Assembly (NCBI RefSeq): GCF_006345805.1
Contig: NC_042999.1
Span: forward strand, 10,664,001 to 10,728,000
Length of the DNA stretch: 64,000 bases
DNA from: Octopus sinensis
Taxonomy: Eukaryota
Direction of reading: 5' to 3'
The position numbers were made by a program, and so were the translations under genes. The notes beneath the pieces are model-generated. The model did no database searches. It had not been told where the DNA came from and saw nothing but the letters and a program-made list of their open reading frames with translations. The first letter of the stretch is position 1. The number at the start of each line of letters is the position of its first letter. Below, piece after piece: positions 11,809 through 26,334 of this stretch.

Positions 11809-13505
11809 TCTCTATATATATATAAAACTGAGAATGTGTGTCAGTCTGTCTGTCTGTCTGTATGCTTCCCTAAAACTTGAGAACTACACAACTAATTTCA
11901 TTCAAATTTTACACATGCCTTACTAAGGGTCTGGGGAGTGTCATCTTTTTGCCTAGGGCGAGCCCACAGCAATATCATGTCTTCTCCACTACGATTCCCT
12001 AAAACTCGAGAACTACACAACCAATTTCATTCAAATTTTACACATGCCTTACTTAGGGTCCATGTAGTTTCATGGGCAAAAAAAATGTTCAACTTCTTGC
12101 CTAGAGCGAGCCCATAGCAATATCATATCTTCTCCACTATTTCAGTATTACGTGTTAAAAGTGAAACAAAAACATTTCTCAATTTTATGTCAGATACTTT
12201 CACTTTAACAATAAAAATAATAATAACAATTGGATTATATGTAGTAAGTAATAATTAAAATCAAACTAAAGTATAATATAATCGTAACATAACAAAAGTA
12301 AAAATAGCAATTGGTATAAAATTGCATCAATGACTTGAACTTGAATAAATGGTTTCACATGAATGGGAATAAATTAAAAATAAAATTAGCGTGCAGAAAT
12401 GGAATAGTCCAGATGGAGCTGTGCTTTTACATTAGATTATCTGCTAATTAGCTAACATTAGGTATCTATATGAAATTTGGCTGTATGTAATATCTGTTTT
12501 CTCGAACAGCCGGTTCTACAGAGTACTGCTGTTGGTTTATTTCTTATACATAAAGGACTAAAGCTTCAACTGCTTTCTGACTCATCGTAAGGTTTGTTGT
12601 TAGTATTATTACTGTTTAACTATTGTTATCACGTTTGTTGGTTCCTCGTAAAGGAAACATTGTTGCATTTGTTAAATAATTGTAAATTGTACCCCCCCCC
12701 TTTGGGAGAAGAAGCTTTGGTTATTGTTTAAAAATTGAATTATGTCCCTGTTTGGGGAAATTGACAATATTTTTACCATTTACACGGAAGCATTTTTGTT
12801 AGAATGCCTTCGATAGAAGAAAGTCCCAAAATGAATTTCGCTGCAGCCGTCGGTGGTCGCGAACTCATTGAAATTAAAATGGAAGAAATACGGATTGATC
12901 ACCGACAAAGACGGTGAATCTAGGATAACACCACCAAACGAAATAAAAAAATTAAATTAAAGAAAAGACTATTGTCTATAAAGTATACAATATAGAGAAA
13001 AAAAAAAGATTTGAACACCTGGAGGAAAGCCCCATCGAAAAGTCTCTTGGTGCAACTATGAAAGATATCTAACCAGAGGCGGTAAATTCGCCACAATAGA
13101 AGCAAGGTTTGAGTCAACAGAGCGTGCAAGGGAGCACTCGACTCGAACCTTGCAAAGTGGAAATATTTTATTTTTACCTTTATATCTGGGACGTAGGACG
13201 TCCCGGATAAAAATTTAAAATATCCCCCCTGAAGTAGAGGTAGGCTGGATTGTAGCCACACTTCTATACAAGAGGGAGGACAAGATCCAATTGATCGAAA
13301 TTATAAGAGATGGGCCTACAATTCCAGTCTGTTATATATTTTGAGTATTGTTATCACTAGCGATATCAAGATATAACTTTGTATTTTGTATTTTATGTGT
13401 AGATGTATATATATATATAGAAGTACACGTAATATGTACACATATATATACACATATATACATGCACTAGCACTATGACCCAGCAACGACGGGTTATAAT
13501 GCTAG
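11809..13505 (+). mobile_element. Probable non-autonomous Helitron (about 1.7 kb)
   Basis: 5' A|TC start (tctctatatatatataaaac) followed by (GTCT)n and an internal approx. 129-bp tandem duplication (11866/11995). 3' end has a hairpin ACCC-agcaacgac-GGGT (13478-13494) then ..CTAG|T at 13505. That both ends belong to one element is inferred. Confidence 0.6.
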
Positions 13506-13534
13506 TAGTAATATATATGTACACACATATATGT

Positions 13535-13790
13535 ACCGGTAGCGCGTAAAAAGCACCATTCAAGTGTGGCTGAAACCAGTGCCGCTTGACTGGCCTCCAT
13601 GCCAGTGGCATGTAAAAAGCACCCACTGCACTCACAGAGTGGTTGGCGTTAGGAAGGGCATCCAGCCGTAGAAACCTTGCCAGATCAGATTGGAACCTGG
13701 TTCAGCCTCCTAGCGTGCCAGTCCTCAGTCAAACTGCCCAACCCATGCCAGCATGGAAAGTGGATGTTAAACGATGATGATGATGATGAT
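13535..13790 (+). mobile_element. RTE LINE 3' end fragment
   Basis: gtggcatgtaaaaagcaccc...ggcgttaggaagggcatccagc...gttaaac(gat)n. Confidence 0.85.
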
Positions 13791-15039
13791 GCATATTTAT
13801 TCTCTGATTTGAAGCAACAATTTTTAAATACAAACAAATGACTGAAATTATATATCTATATATCTATATATCTATATATATATCTATATATCTATATATC
13901 TATATCTATATATATATATAAACACACACAAAATTTATGAGAAGAATGTTTTATTCTACAAACAAGTGAGTTTATTTCCTCTGCAAGCTAAAAGGAAGTT
14001 ATTTTTGCCAAGAATGATGTTATTCTTGACAATACTAAGGACTTTTCTTTCTACTTACACTTAAAACATTGACCTTTACAACGGAAATCTTACTGAAATG
14101 ATTCAAGAAATTCCATCCCTGCTTTTGTTTATATATATATATCTTGTGCACCATTCAACATTATAAACCATTTGTCACTTTATCATCAATCAACAACAGA
14201 CAAATATTTAAGAATGCCTTCAATCAAGACTTAGTTTTATGTAGAAGGTATTTTTATGACCACAACTTCTGCTTTTATTCTCCTCACTTTTATTGGTCAA
14301 CAAACTTAAAGTATATATTGCCTGTGCAAGTGGTGAGTAATTGCTTTAGAAGAATTTGCTGGAATCTGAAGTCATTATTTAAGTGTTTCTCTGGTTGTTT
14401 TTATTTTGCATTCTTTTTTTCTTTAATGTTTAGCAAGAGACAAAAAATGACATCAGTTGCAGCAGTTTGGTCCCTCGTGATAACTGTTCACTCCAACCCT
14501 AGATTTATGACATTTCTGATGAAATACACTCTCTTCGTTTCAATTAATGTTGAAAATGAAGAATTTAGTAAAATAACTTCATCATTATTAATCTGCTGTT
14601 TGGAACATAATTCACTTACAACAAGGAAGCTTGTACCACAGAACCAAGTGCCATCTCAGGCAAGTTTGTATCAAAAGGGTCAACCCATTCTCTCTCTCTC
14701 TCTCTCTGATGCAGTATTAAGTACCCAACCAACAGGTCAGCAGTTTGTATCTCATTAGCTAACACTGCATTGTGCCCATGATAAAGTTAGCCTAAAATGC
14801 ACAGTCAACCAATCTGTAAATAGGCATTCACTGCTATAAGAGGATGACAATCTTGATTAAGGGAAATGGATTCTGAATAGCTTATTTGCCCTTGGTATAC
14901 AACAAGAAGGCAAATGCTTCAATAGTGGTCCTACACTACTTGTATTCTACCAAGTTATAGGACTTGCTCCTGCCTTCATATTTCACAGCAAATACAAGAA
15001 TATACAACACACACACACACACGTGTGTGTTTTGTTCAT

Positions 15040-15436
15040 TTCATTTCATATCTGTTTTTCCATGTTTTCATGGTTAGGACAGATATGTATCTGAGGCAGT
15101 GTTTTACAGTTATAAGCCCTTACTGATGCTAACCCTTACCTAATTTTTAAGTAAGGGTTTTTTTTTTTATTCCACATTGCTTAAAAGGTGCATGACTGGA
15201 CAATTTGGTGACAGAAAAGAAACAAACATTGATTGCTGCTGGCCAGAAGTGATTGCAGGTGCAAACACAGACACACATGCACAGAAGAAGCTTCTTTTAG
15301 TTTCTGTCCATCAAGTCCATTGACAAGGCTTTAGTCAACCTGGGAATAGAGAGAAAACCACTTGTTCTAGATGCTGCTCAGTGGAATTGAACCTGAAGCC
15401 ATGTAGTTTGGAAGTGAACTTCTCAACCATGCAGCA
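15040..15436 (-). mobile_element. SINE family C, degenerate
   Basis: Head remnants (aattgaacctgaagccatg, gaagcttcttttagtttc on plus), an internal CA tract and an RTE-like tail remnant. Confidence 0.5.
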
Positions 15437-15570
15437 GTCAGGCTTAAGTTTTGCAGATGCATTTTGCATAAGGTTCATGCAACTAACAGAACTGCAAAAA
15501 TAATTTTTAATTGGATGCGAGTAGTTAAAGCTAAGACATAACTGAAGGTACGTAACTCAATCTAATTACA

Positions 15571-15783
15571 TTACTCTCTTTTCTTTTTTACTTGTTTCAG
15601 TCATTTGACTGCGGCCATGCGGGAGCACCACCTTTAGTCGAGCAAATCGACCCCGGGACTTATTCTTTGTAAGCCCAGTACTTATTCTATCGGTCTCTTT
15701 TGCCGAACCGCTAAGTGACGGGGACGTAAATACACCAGCATCGGTTGTCAAGCAATGCTAGGGGACAAACACATACACACACA

Positions 15784-15845
<62 letters not shown>

Positions 15846-15930
15846 TACGACAGGCTTCTTTCAGTTTCCATCTACCAAATCCACTCACAAGGTATTGGTC
15901 AGCCCGGGGCTATAGCAGAAGACACTTGCC
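15571..15930 (-). mobile_element. SINE family A, 5'-truncated, with internal (TA)n
   Basis: Near-identical reverse complement of 32436-32854 from the cttgggcaagtgtcttct block to the AAAAGAG tail. Confidence 0.9.
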
Positions 15931-17371
15931 CATTAGTTTAAAAATTCATATAATTTTAAAGAAAAGAGTCTTAATTACAAATACAAGTTGATAATTATTG
16001 TAAAAACTACATAACTGCCAGAAAATTATCCGTAACATAAATATACAGGGTGTGGCAAAAGATTTAGTAGCCTTGGTAAATATATTTCTGGGAAGTTTTA
16101 TTACAGCACCACCCAGCAGCTGCACAATGAAATGCACATATACTGTCATGCATGCACACACATACGCATGCTTCATAAATACATCCTTGAAAAGTTGATG
16201 GCGTTAACACAAACATATGACAAATACAGAACGCAACTGAAATATGTGCCAAACACACACACAAAGCTCACACTCAGATGCACACATTGACACTCTCCTG
16301 ATTAAAAGTTTGTTGTTTTATTTCCTAAATTAATTAAACTATAGAGAAAAGAGGGGGGGGTGGAATGGTTGATTACATGTGATAGAATGAAAGAGAGACA
16401 TCAGACATGTCTGAAACAAAAGCCTGTTTCCAATATTCTCTTTTGCAACAATCTCTTTCAATCAGAAATACCTACAAACCTGTTCTACAGCCAAAAAACA
16501 AAAATGTTCAGTTAGTAAACCAGATATTGCAACGAATTCTCTGCCTGAATTGATTAACTTTGTATAATTAGTACGAGGTTCCTCGACCAGCTTCCTTTGA
16601 TGCTTATCCAATGACAGCTACATTGGAAGGAGGAGGAGGAGGAGAGAGAGAAAAAAAATGCTATTGTTAGTAATAATATCAACAGTAGTTGCAGCACTAG
16701 TAGCAACAGCATTGCAAAGCAGTATCGGTAATAGCAGCAGTGTTAACACTGGTATTATTATCATCACCAGTCTTTTTATTGAAATAATTAATATTATTAT
16801 ACCCAGTTTATTAATAAAGAAAGAATAAAATGAGAGCTGGCAGTTGATGTTGTGGTTATTCTTCAATAGAACTGAAAGTTAATATTGATTGGGATTGATC
16901 ATAATGAAAAGGAAGTTCAATAATAATAACTATAACAATAATAATAATAATAATATTAAATAATGATGATGATGATGATGATGATGATATACTGCAATAT
17001 ATTTGGTGTAGTTGTGGTTTGAGCAATAATTTTTAAAGTTGATGTTTGGTTTCACGCTTAGTAAAGTAAAGAAAACAAATAGGACACCGTTTAGAAGCCA
17101 CTTGTTACACGTCATTTGTACAAATTTCTCTTTTTAATTGCTGGAAAGTCATTTTTTAAAGTTATAATGTTAGCACTGTAGAAAAGAAAACATTTCTTGT
17201 AAAAGGAAGAAACAAAAAACAAAACAAAAGAAGAAGGCATTTGAAAGTAATTGCAAATTCCAAACTCATTTCAAAATGAATATTGCTTTTTTTTATGATG
17301 TTAGCAGAATAACTTTAAAAAACGTTGGTGTTAAGTAATTGAAAAGAATTAAAAAGAGAAGTCTGCAATAA

Positions 17372-17595
17372 AGGTTTCAAATTTTGGCACAGCAGCAGCA
17401 GCAGCAATTCCTGGAAAGCATAGGGCAGTCGATTACATTGGTCCCGACACTTGATTGATACTTTATTTTGTCAATCTTGAAAGGGCGAAACACAAAGTTG
17501 ACCCTGGCAGAATTTAAACTCACAACGTAAAAAGCTGAAAGAAATACTACCAAGCTTTGTGTCTGCTACACTAAGGATTCTGCCAGCTTGCCAGT
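17372..17595 (-). mobile_element. SINE family B
   Basis: ggcaca...gtcgattacattg...aagttgaccctggcagaatttaaactc...ttctgccagcttgcc. Confidence 0.7.
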
Positions 17596-18719
17596 GAAGA
17601 AGAAAGCTGTAAGAATGACACTTAATAAGTGACTTTTAAGCATTTACATATTCATTTCACTCACTCAGGATATCCAAGTGTAGTTTTGTTTTCGTCTCAT
17701 TATTAATCCTACAGAAATAAATGTATCTAAAACCAAAGATCGCTGGTTTGGAACATACTAAAGAAGTCTGCAGTTCTAGCTGTGGAGGAGGAATGTTAAA
17801 GTGCCGTGAGAGATTCACCCAAATAACAAACTGATTCTTTTTCTCTCAAACTCTATTGATCAGAAATAAATATATTCTTAATTAAGTAATACTAAGAAAC
17901 AAATTTACTCTTGGCTCAATTTAAAGTGAAAACAGACTCATGAAATGAAATTCTTTTTAGGCTGATTTTTCAAAGAAAATTTAAGTCCAAAACAATCTCC
18001 TGTAAAATATTGGTAAAGAAGCAAGCATAAAGTTTGATGATAGCAAATTAGAAACAAAAAGATCAACAAAACAATTTTATATAATTAAATGGGATTAGCT
18101 TATAGATTCTATTACTTTTAGAAAGACCTTGGGTTCTTCTGGACTAGTCAGTAACATCTTACGTTTTAGGGGAAGGAGGGAAATTATGTCCTATAATAAT
18201 CAAGCTTTAAGTGATGTCAGCGCAATGAAATAGGGGTCGACTGAAAATTGAAATGGGGTTGGTAGTCCTGACTATTAAGGAGTTTAACCCTTAAAATATT
18301 GAACATAGTATTGGCTTATGGTAGGGATTTGGCTAAATAAAACAGAAAAATATGATGTGATTTCTGGTGTCTAAATTAGGCAACAGTACCAAAGGTTTAT
18401 GAAAAAGTTTCTCTTCATTAACACAAGCTAATGAAGAACCTATAAATATCTGAAGCAGCCATGAATTTTAGAAATTAATTTTGGGGGAGTAAAAAAAAAT
18501 GTATTTGTAAATAGGTTAAAGTTTCAGTAGAGGTGGAAAATGACATTTTTGATGATAACGAACGAGAGGGATGTATGAATATGTATTCCATAGTATGTTG
18601 ATAGACAATAGCATATGTTGCCCTGGCTGTCTTGTTCGCAGCAGGCGATGCCATTGTTTGCAACTGATGATGAAAGAGAGCAGTAGGAAGAACAAGGCCA
18701 AGGAAGCGGTTAGACTTAC

Positions 18720-18815
18720 AGGGCTCCTGCTATCTGGAGTTTGTGTCCCCATTTCTCTCTTGATGCATATCTGCTTCGAATCATCATCACGAACCTCAGT
18801 ATTTTGTTTCAAAGT
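18720..18815 (-). CDS. ARHGAP39: Next coding exon of the same ARHGAP39 homolog (32 codons, phase 0/0)
   Basis: Acceptor ttcatatttcag and donor CCT|gtaagt bound TLKQNTEVRDDDSKQICIKREMGTQTPDSRSP. In ARHGAP39 orthologs TLKQNT directly follows IIPLAKLQ, and the phases match the upstream exon. Implied intron is 18816-47906. Confidence 0.9.
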
Positions 18816-19794
18816 CTGAAATATGAAAGGAAGAAGAGCCATTGGAGGGCTGGTAGTAGATATATTATACTCAGGATTAAATTACAATGCACATTTAATC
18901 TTCCAAAAGGGATTTTTTTTTTCTTTAAAAAAAAAAAAAAAAATTAAAATAGCCAAATCAAATTTCTTGTGATGAAATAGAGGAAAAAGGTTATTCTACC
19001 ATTGGGCCAATTCTACTTTTGAGCCAATATAATTGAATTTTCTTAAACTGCTACATTCATTAGCAGTTAGGTTTATGTGAAATGATTTGTAGTTTTATGG
19101 ATTTTAAATTGTCGAAAAGATGCAAAGATGGTAGTGATGATGATGGTGGCGGCAGTAGAAAGTGTCTAATATTTCTTCCTGTAATTTTTTTGGTTTTTTT
19201 AAATAAAAATGATTGACAATGAGGCATTTGCCTAGAAATACTTATTGATAATAAAAAAACTGGTTTTATTTGCTTAATTGCAATTTTTAAGGGGATGTGA
19301 TTAGTACAAAGGCTGAAAAGATCCTTTGAATTCTAAAGATTATGACCATTTCTCTTACACCTAACAGCAACATCATTTGGTACACGAAATTGCTTCAGGT
19401 AAAATTAAGGAAAATTGGAAAAAAAACAAAAAATAATCAAAAAGAAAAAGTCACAGTAAATAAGTAAAATTTCGTTATTCAATAATTTGTATCTTAACAA
19501 ATCCTACAGGTAGGGGATGGATGGATGGGAGAATAATTGAAGTGATTTGAGACAGGTACCATTTGGAGAGACCACTTGGTTACAGGGGTGGGGGTGGGAG
19601 TATAAACAGGACACAATAACAGCAAAAATTTAGAAAGAGGAATATATTACAAGTAACAATTTATAAACTAACTAATTAGTAACTGAAATAGGAATCAAGA
19701 CATTTTTTTACTTTTCTCTTTCAACCAGAAACACAAAAATCACCAAGAAAATTTGTGAAGTTATTATTTGGAAAAGGAAAAATGAAACTGACAT

Positions 19795-19857
<63 letters not shown>

Positions 19858-20379
19858 TATGCATGTGGTGATACCCAGTTGCCAACCCCACCTTTTCATG
19901 AGGGAAAACTTGATCACAAATAACGTTTTTAGTATATTTTAATGTTTTCTTATATTTCCAAGGAGGCTTTGATTAGTGGCCAAGAATTCAAAGAATAAAG
20001 TGCAGTTAACTGTAGAATTACGATTTTGTGCATTGATCATGGGTTTACAATGTAACTTAAGTGTCAATTCCATAGCAAATATTAACAATTATAGGAAACT
20101 CACTGATTTACTAAATTTTTTTTCAATAGTGTTTTTGTTTATTCGTTTTACATCTTTTTTTCCATACTAGCATGGGTTAGAGGAATATACCAGTGAAGTA
20201 TTGTTTTATAGTCAAATATCTTTTCTGTTTCTAACTTCTACCTGTCAAGTAAGAGGTTGCTTAATTCACATGGCTATCAAGGCCCAAAATGAGAAGAAAG
20301 ATTGCTGAGAGGAGAAGTGACAGCAACAACACCATTCAGAGAGGCTTTCGAAGAGTGCAGACGTGAATGCACACCCACA

Positions 20380-20525
20380 CAATAAGCTTCTTTCAGTTTC
20401 TTTCTAATAAATTCACTCACAAGGCTTTGGTCACCCTGAATGTATAGTAAAAAACATCTTCTCAAGGTGCCATGCAGTGGGACTGAACCTGAAACTACAT
20501 AGCTGGGAAACTTCTTAACAGCCAT
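20380..20525 (-). mobile_element. SINE A/C head fragment
   Basis: gcttctttcagtttc...cactcacaaggctttggtc...cagtgggactgaacc...acagccatgc. Confidence 0.75.
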
Positions 20526-20750
20526 GCTTTAACTTATTCTACAAAAGTTTCAGCATCGAATGACTCCATTTCAGTACCACCAACCAGGATCAAAGTTGTC
20601 TGACTTTGGAAATCAACTGACAATGGAAACCAATCAGCCTTTCTAATGGAATGCAGTCCAATGGAAACTTGTAGACTTTACGGAAAGTGTGCTGCTATGA
20701 GGAACCTATCAAGCAAGTCTAATCATCAAACTGATGGATTTCATGTTGGC

Positions 20751-20995
20751 ATCATCATCATCATTGTTTAACGTCTGTTTTCCGTGCTAGCATGGGTTGG
20801 ACAGTTCGACTGGGGTCTGGGAAGCCAGGAGGCTGCACCAGGCTCCAGTCCTGATCTGGCAGTGTTTCTACAGCTGCATGTCCTTCCTAACGCCAACCAC
20901 TCCGTGAGTGTAGTGGGTGCTTTTTATGTGCCACCAGCACTGGTATCCCAACTACAATTTCCATTGATTTTTTTTATCGATTTCGATTTCAAAAC
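20751..20995 (-). mobile_element. RTE LINE 3' end fragment
   Basis: (cat)n..gtttaacgtc..gctagcatgggttggac...gtgccaccagcac. Confidence 0.85.
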
Positions 20996-23179
20996 CAATA
21001 TATTGTAGAAGTCAGATGTTAATCTGTTTCAGTTTTCCAAGTGTTCAAACAAACTGTTTGTTGGTTTAAATTTAAAATCAACAAATAGAACCAACTGCAA
21101 GTGCTATTTTGCATCAAAAAGTGCAGAATTCACAGGATTTTATCAAGACAATAAATATTTTAGTAAAACATCACAAGACAAAGGAGTTAAGACCATGATT
21201 TTACTACATACACGCCCTCTCTCATAAAATGTAGGTGCAAAATGGCTAAGTAGTTAAGTAGTTCCCTTTGCAACCACAAGGTCCAGGTTTGATCCCACAA
21301 CATAGCATCTTGGGCAAATGTAATTTTCTACAACCTTGGACCAGATGGTTCCTTGTGATTGAAATTGGGCTTGAACGAAACTGTAGATTGCACCTGTAGA
21401 CCAAAAGCAGGTAACTCAGTGGATTGGACAGCTGAATTCACATTGTTGAACAACAAAAATACATCAGCAAAAATATTCTTAGCCACAAGATAGGTTATAT
21501 ATATGTTTATGGTGGGTGATACGAATGATTCTTATCTATTCAGCAGCTATGTTTTATGATATCATTACTAGAAGCAATGTTAGAAGCAGTGTATGTTGAT
21601 TAGTGGTGTGGTTTAGTTGGCTTACAGTTACCTTCATTAAAATACCTTCAGGTATCTCAACAAATACAATTTCCCCTTTCATCTAGAAAAATAATCTTCT
21701 TTAAAACATAATTACACCCATACTAATCTTTATTTATGAAAAAAAAAAAAAAAAAATGCCTTCATCCCCTGTTCCCTGCCATTCCCTGCCTAAAAGTTGC
21801 CCAAGCAGAGTGGATTACTGAAATCATAAACATAACTATCATAAGCATAAAACACTTCATCACGGAGGCCGTGTTTTCACAGATAATTGCGTGTGTGATT
21901 AAATACTTTACAAGCTAATTACCATAATTTAAGCCTGAATCGTTTTTGATTCTTTTCCTAAATTATGCTGAAAATTTTGTATTTGAGTACAAAATTCACT
22001 GAAATTGGTAACCAGCCTTCACAATTATGCTTGGCTCAGATTGTGTGATAAAACAGACAAGAATATCAACAATTAAAACATTCTGCAACAATCACTTTTA
22101 ATACTAAAGATTAGTTTGTCAACAGAATGCATTTAATGCTTTTCTTTGAACGTTTTTTCAAAGAAAACATTTCTCGGCATTAACAGATCTAATCTTCTGC
22201 CAATGCTTCTGAACGAAACAATTCTAGAAAGTTCCCTTCCTCCTCATTGACCTTCTCTAATCACTAATGTGCAAGAATTCAAGTCGAATTTAATAATCTT
22301 ATCAGAACCTCTTTTTTCTTTCTTTCTGTCTACAGAGGAACCTGCCAAAAATGCCAGAACACATTTTACCTCAAAGCACACACACACACACACACACCTA
22401 ACTTATATTATGAATTTTTATTAACGTGTTTTTGTTGGTTTTTTTTTTGCTTCATATGCTACTCTTGATACAGACCGTTCCTCATTTTTCCAGACTTGTG
22501 TTGTTTAATTCTGACAAAATCTTCTATAGTGTATAATATTACTATGAAATTGCATAATCCTTAAATCTAGGAGGGTATAAAAAGCTGATGGGCATTGCCT
22601 CTCTCACAAAATAAAAAACAATAGCATCACACAGAAGCTTATACGTTATGAAACTGTGAACATTACACAGGTAATATATGATAGACCAGCACAAGAAGAC
22701 GCTGTACAAACGAACATTGAGATTTAGTAAGATAGCATTGAAGAGCTGTGAAGATGCTAACATTACTGTTATTGGTAATGGTTTTTGAATATTTAAATAA
22801 CCAAAAAAATTTCAAAATTTTGATCACTATTGATTTTTGAAAGCTGAATTGAAACTAATTTTCTAGAGGGAAAGAAGAAGAAGAAGAAGAGTCTATTGTT
22901 AAATATTTTATAATCAACGAAAGGATCAAAAGGAAGCTGACGTTGCTAAGATTCAATTTGTAACTGTGAGATACGCAGCCTGATGACATGAAGTATTTAG
23001 AGGGAGTATGAAGGGGCCGAGTTCAATTTCAGTTTCAATAATTATGTTAATAGAACCTCAAAACAGCTGGGAATTATAATCCCAGATGATCTTTCTGGGC
23101 AAGCACACATCTATAACTTTATTATTCTGTAAATTGATTTCTGATCACTGGGATCTCAGGCTGATGCCAGAAAACACTT

Positions 23180-23299
23180 CCAGCATTGATCCTTTACTAG
23201 GAAAGATACGTAGAAACATATCTTCTATTACAACAACCCTAGACTGATCAAGGCTCTGTGAGCTTGATAGACAGAAACTGTGGGGAAGCCTGTTGTGTA

Positions 23300-23336
<37 letters not shown>

Positions 23337-23545
23337 ATGTATGTATGTATGTATGTGCATGTCATCATGCTTATCATCACAACACTTGACACCTGCTGTT
23401 GGTTTGTTTATATTCCCATAACTAAATTTTTCAAAAGAATCTGATCAAGTAAGTATCAGACTTCAAAAAAAGAATAAGTATTTGAGTTGAATTGATCAAC
23501 AACACCCCAGCATGGCCACAGTCCACTGACTGAAACATTATAAAA
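23180..23545 (+). mobile_element. SINE family A, degenerate, with internal (TA)n/(TGTA)n
   Basis: gatcaaggctctgtgag..acagaaactg head side and ccagcatggccacagtc..tgactgaaac tail side flanking a microsatellite. Confidence 0.55.
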
Positions 23546-23664
23546 AGGTGTTAATCTTTATGCCCCCACCCCATTAATTACAGTCCTGCTTTTACATTAT
23601 AACTGTGCATGTTTTACAAGAAAACCCTTTAAAATGACAGAAAACAACAACAACAAAAAAGATC

Positions 23665-23936
23665 TATTTTGGGCCAGCCTCCCCTGGCCCCTGTGCCAAT
23701 GGCACGTAAAAAGCACCAACCGATCGTGGCTGTTGCCAGCCTCCCCTGGCACGTAACAAGCATCCACTACACTCATGGAGTGGTTGGCGTTAGGAAGGGC
23801 ATCCAGCTGTAGAAACACTGCCAGATCAGACTGGAGCCTGGTGTAGCCTCCATGGCTTCCCAGACTCCGGTCGAACTGTCCAACCCATGCTAGCATGGAA
23901 AACGGACGTTAAACAATGATGATGATGATGATGATG
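23665..23936 (+). mobile_element. RTE LINE 3' end fragment
   Basis: Contains gtgcc..tggcac modules and the canonical terminus with (gat)n. Confidence 0.85.
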
Positions 23937-24779
23937 TGATGCCAGAGGAAAGAGTATTTGCTGGATAACAGCATCAGTTTCTACATAAACTTTAATGAGA
24001 TGTGAGAGTAAAAGTTATTGTTGGATGGGATGATTGCAATCAGAGAGATATGAAGCACTCAGAAGAGTGCAGCTGACTTTAGTTTGCCTGGATCAAATTA
24101 GTTTGAACAACAGATATGTATAAGTGGCCCTGTCAGGTCTGAGAACTGAGCATTAGAGTATACAATAAGAGGAGGGGATGGGTAGAAAAGTTCAAGGGTC
24201 GAATATAAATATGCAAATTTGAAGAACAATTCAAAAAGAGGTTTTCTATTGAGTTTGGAAAACTAGGTTTACAGTAAGTACAATAGAGTACAGTAAGTAA
24301 GGAGAAAAGAGAAAATGGTTTTGGGGGCTGTGACTGCATTGTTTTAGCAATAGGAATTAAAGATATTTGTTTCGGTATATAATAGTGACAATAAGTGACC
24401 GTAATATGTTGATCCTCAGCACCCTAATTTTGGGTACCGTTTATTATCAAGGTTGCTAATCCTTTAACAGTAAACATTGTTTTCGTATCCAGACTTAGGA
24501 GGAATGAAATATAGAAATGTACGAAAATACAGACTTTCAGCAGTTTACCAAAATTCTATCTCAATATATCAGAATCAGATAATTTTAATTCACAGGTATT
24601 TTGAGATTAATTGCAGAAACAAAAATGAGACAAAGTAATGTTTTAATGAAATTTACAGACATAAAAGAGACATTATATTGAGTAAAGAGGAGGGAAAATT
24701 GGACATCACAATTCAATTTGAAATACCCAAATCAAAAGCCATTGCAGCTATCTGTTTGTACAACTAAAGTCCTTTACTC

Positions 24780-25600
24780 AATATATGCACAGCTGGGCCC
24801 AAGATACCCCTACCACCCATTCCTCATTCTTAATACTGTCTTCTCTACTCATATTTTACACTGACCACCTCCACCTCCTCCTCTTCCAAACCATTTCATC
24901 TTCTCCATCATCATCATGTCTCTTTTTCTCCCCATCCACTACAACAGTTTCTCTCTCTCTGCCACACTCTTGCAACCTCCCCCCTCTCTCTTATCATTCT
25001 CCTGTCTACTGTATTACCACTCTTCTGCTGTTCTTCACTTCCCTACATCATCCACCCCTTGACCATATCTAATTTTTACAGTTGTCACCTACTCTTCCCA
25101 AAGTTCCCTATTTACCATCCACTCAATACTTGTTCTTCATTACACCCCCCTCCCCCTTATTCCCCCATCTCTAACCATTTCTTACTTTCCTATACACTCT
25201 TGCAACCCCTACCCATCCATACTCTCACTTCTACTAACCTTGTACCAGGGGGGGTACAGCTCCACCCTCCCTTCTAAAATATAAGTAGACATGTGGCCCC
25301 CTCCACAGCAAGGAACCTGTTCTGCCCTGACCCCTTCTCTCATACTTTAAACCCTCATCTCTTAGTATAGAGCTGTGCCTCTTGGGGCTTGTAGTCTTAC
25401 AAATTACTTGGCAACCTCACTAGAGCTGGTGCCATGAAAAAAGCACTTGGAATACTCAGTAAAGTGGTTGGCATTTAGGAAAGGCATCCAGTCATAGAAA
25501 CCCTGCCAAAGTAGACAGTGGCAGACAACAGTCTACTGACTTGTTGAATCCTGTCAAATTGTTTGGCTAATATCAACATGAAACAAGGATGCTAATGATG
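24780..25600 (+). mobile_element. RTE-related fragment with long C/T-rich 3' UTR
   Basis: About 550 bp C-rich tract, then aagtggttggcatttaggaaaggcatccag and a degenerate terminus ending gatgctaatgatgaagatg. Confidence 0.55.
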
Positions 25601-25711
25601 AAGATGGAGAGTATACCTATTACCTATTAGCTACATGAGAGAGCAGTTTATATCAACCAAATGAGAGGAGGTCAGGTGTTTGTGTCTGTGTTTGGTGCCA
25701 TGGTCTCATCA

Positions 25712-25892
25712 TTAGTTTCAAATTTTGGCACAAGGCCAGCAAGTTTAGGGGGAGGGGTAAGTCATTTACATTCATCCCAGCGTTCAACTGGTACTTATTT
25801 TACCGACTCTGAAAGGATGAAAGGGGCAGTCAACCACCACGACAGAATTTGAACTCAGAATGCAAAGATGGCCGAAACTCTGCCGCCAGCTT
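25712..25892 (-). mobile_element. SINE family B
   Basis: ggcacaaggcc...actggtacttattttaccgactctgaaaggatgaaagg...gaatttgaactcagaa. Confidence 0.75.
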
Positions 25893-25987
25893 GATTTAAT
25901 TATTGCCACAACTCTTCGTTAATTAATATATGTAATTGTGTGTTTCTGAACATTATACTTGTTCATGTGGAGAATGCCCTCACACAC

Positions 25988-26035
<48 letters not shown>

Positions 26036-26334
26036 GAGGATGATGACATGTTCAGAAGCCACAGTTTTACACAACAATCTCATTTATTCCTATCCTGTAA
26101 AGTTATTTGATCTGCCAAACCAAATCCTAAACTCACAAACAATCCTCTAAAGACAACTCCCCACCCCTTCCTTATTTGCAACTGACTATTTTCTCAAATG
26201 TTTTTAAGTTCATCTTTGGGACTAAGTCTTAGTAAATCACGGATATCCTTTTCCTCCAACTCATCCAAATATCTGTCAGCTGCCTCCAGAGCAATCATAA
26301 AACTTAAGCATATTTTTACTTTACTTCTATTATG

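Noticed and set aside
14144-14758. 204-aa plus-strand ORF
   Set aside because: TTG start, F/S/L-rich composition typical of AT-rich noise, and no recognisable motif.
16618-17115. Low-complexity N/S/H-rich coding region
   Set aside because: Mixed trinucleotide repeats with stops and no splice support.
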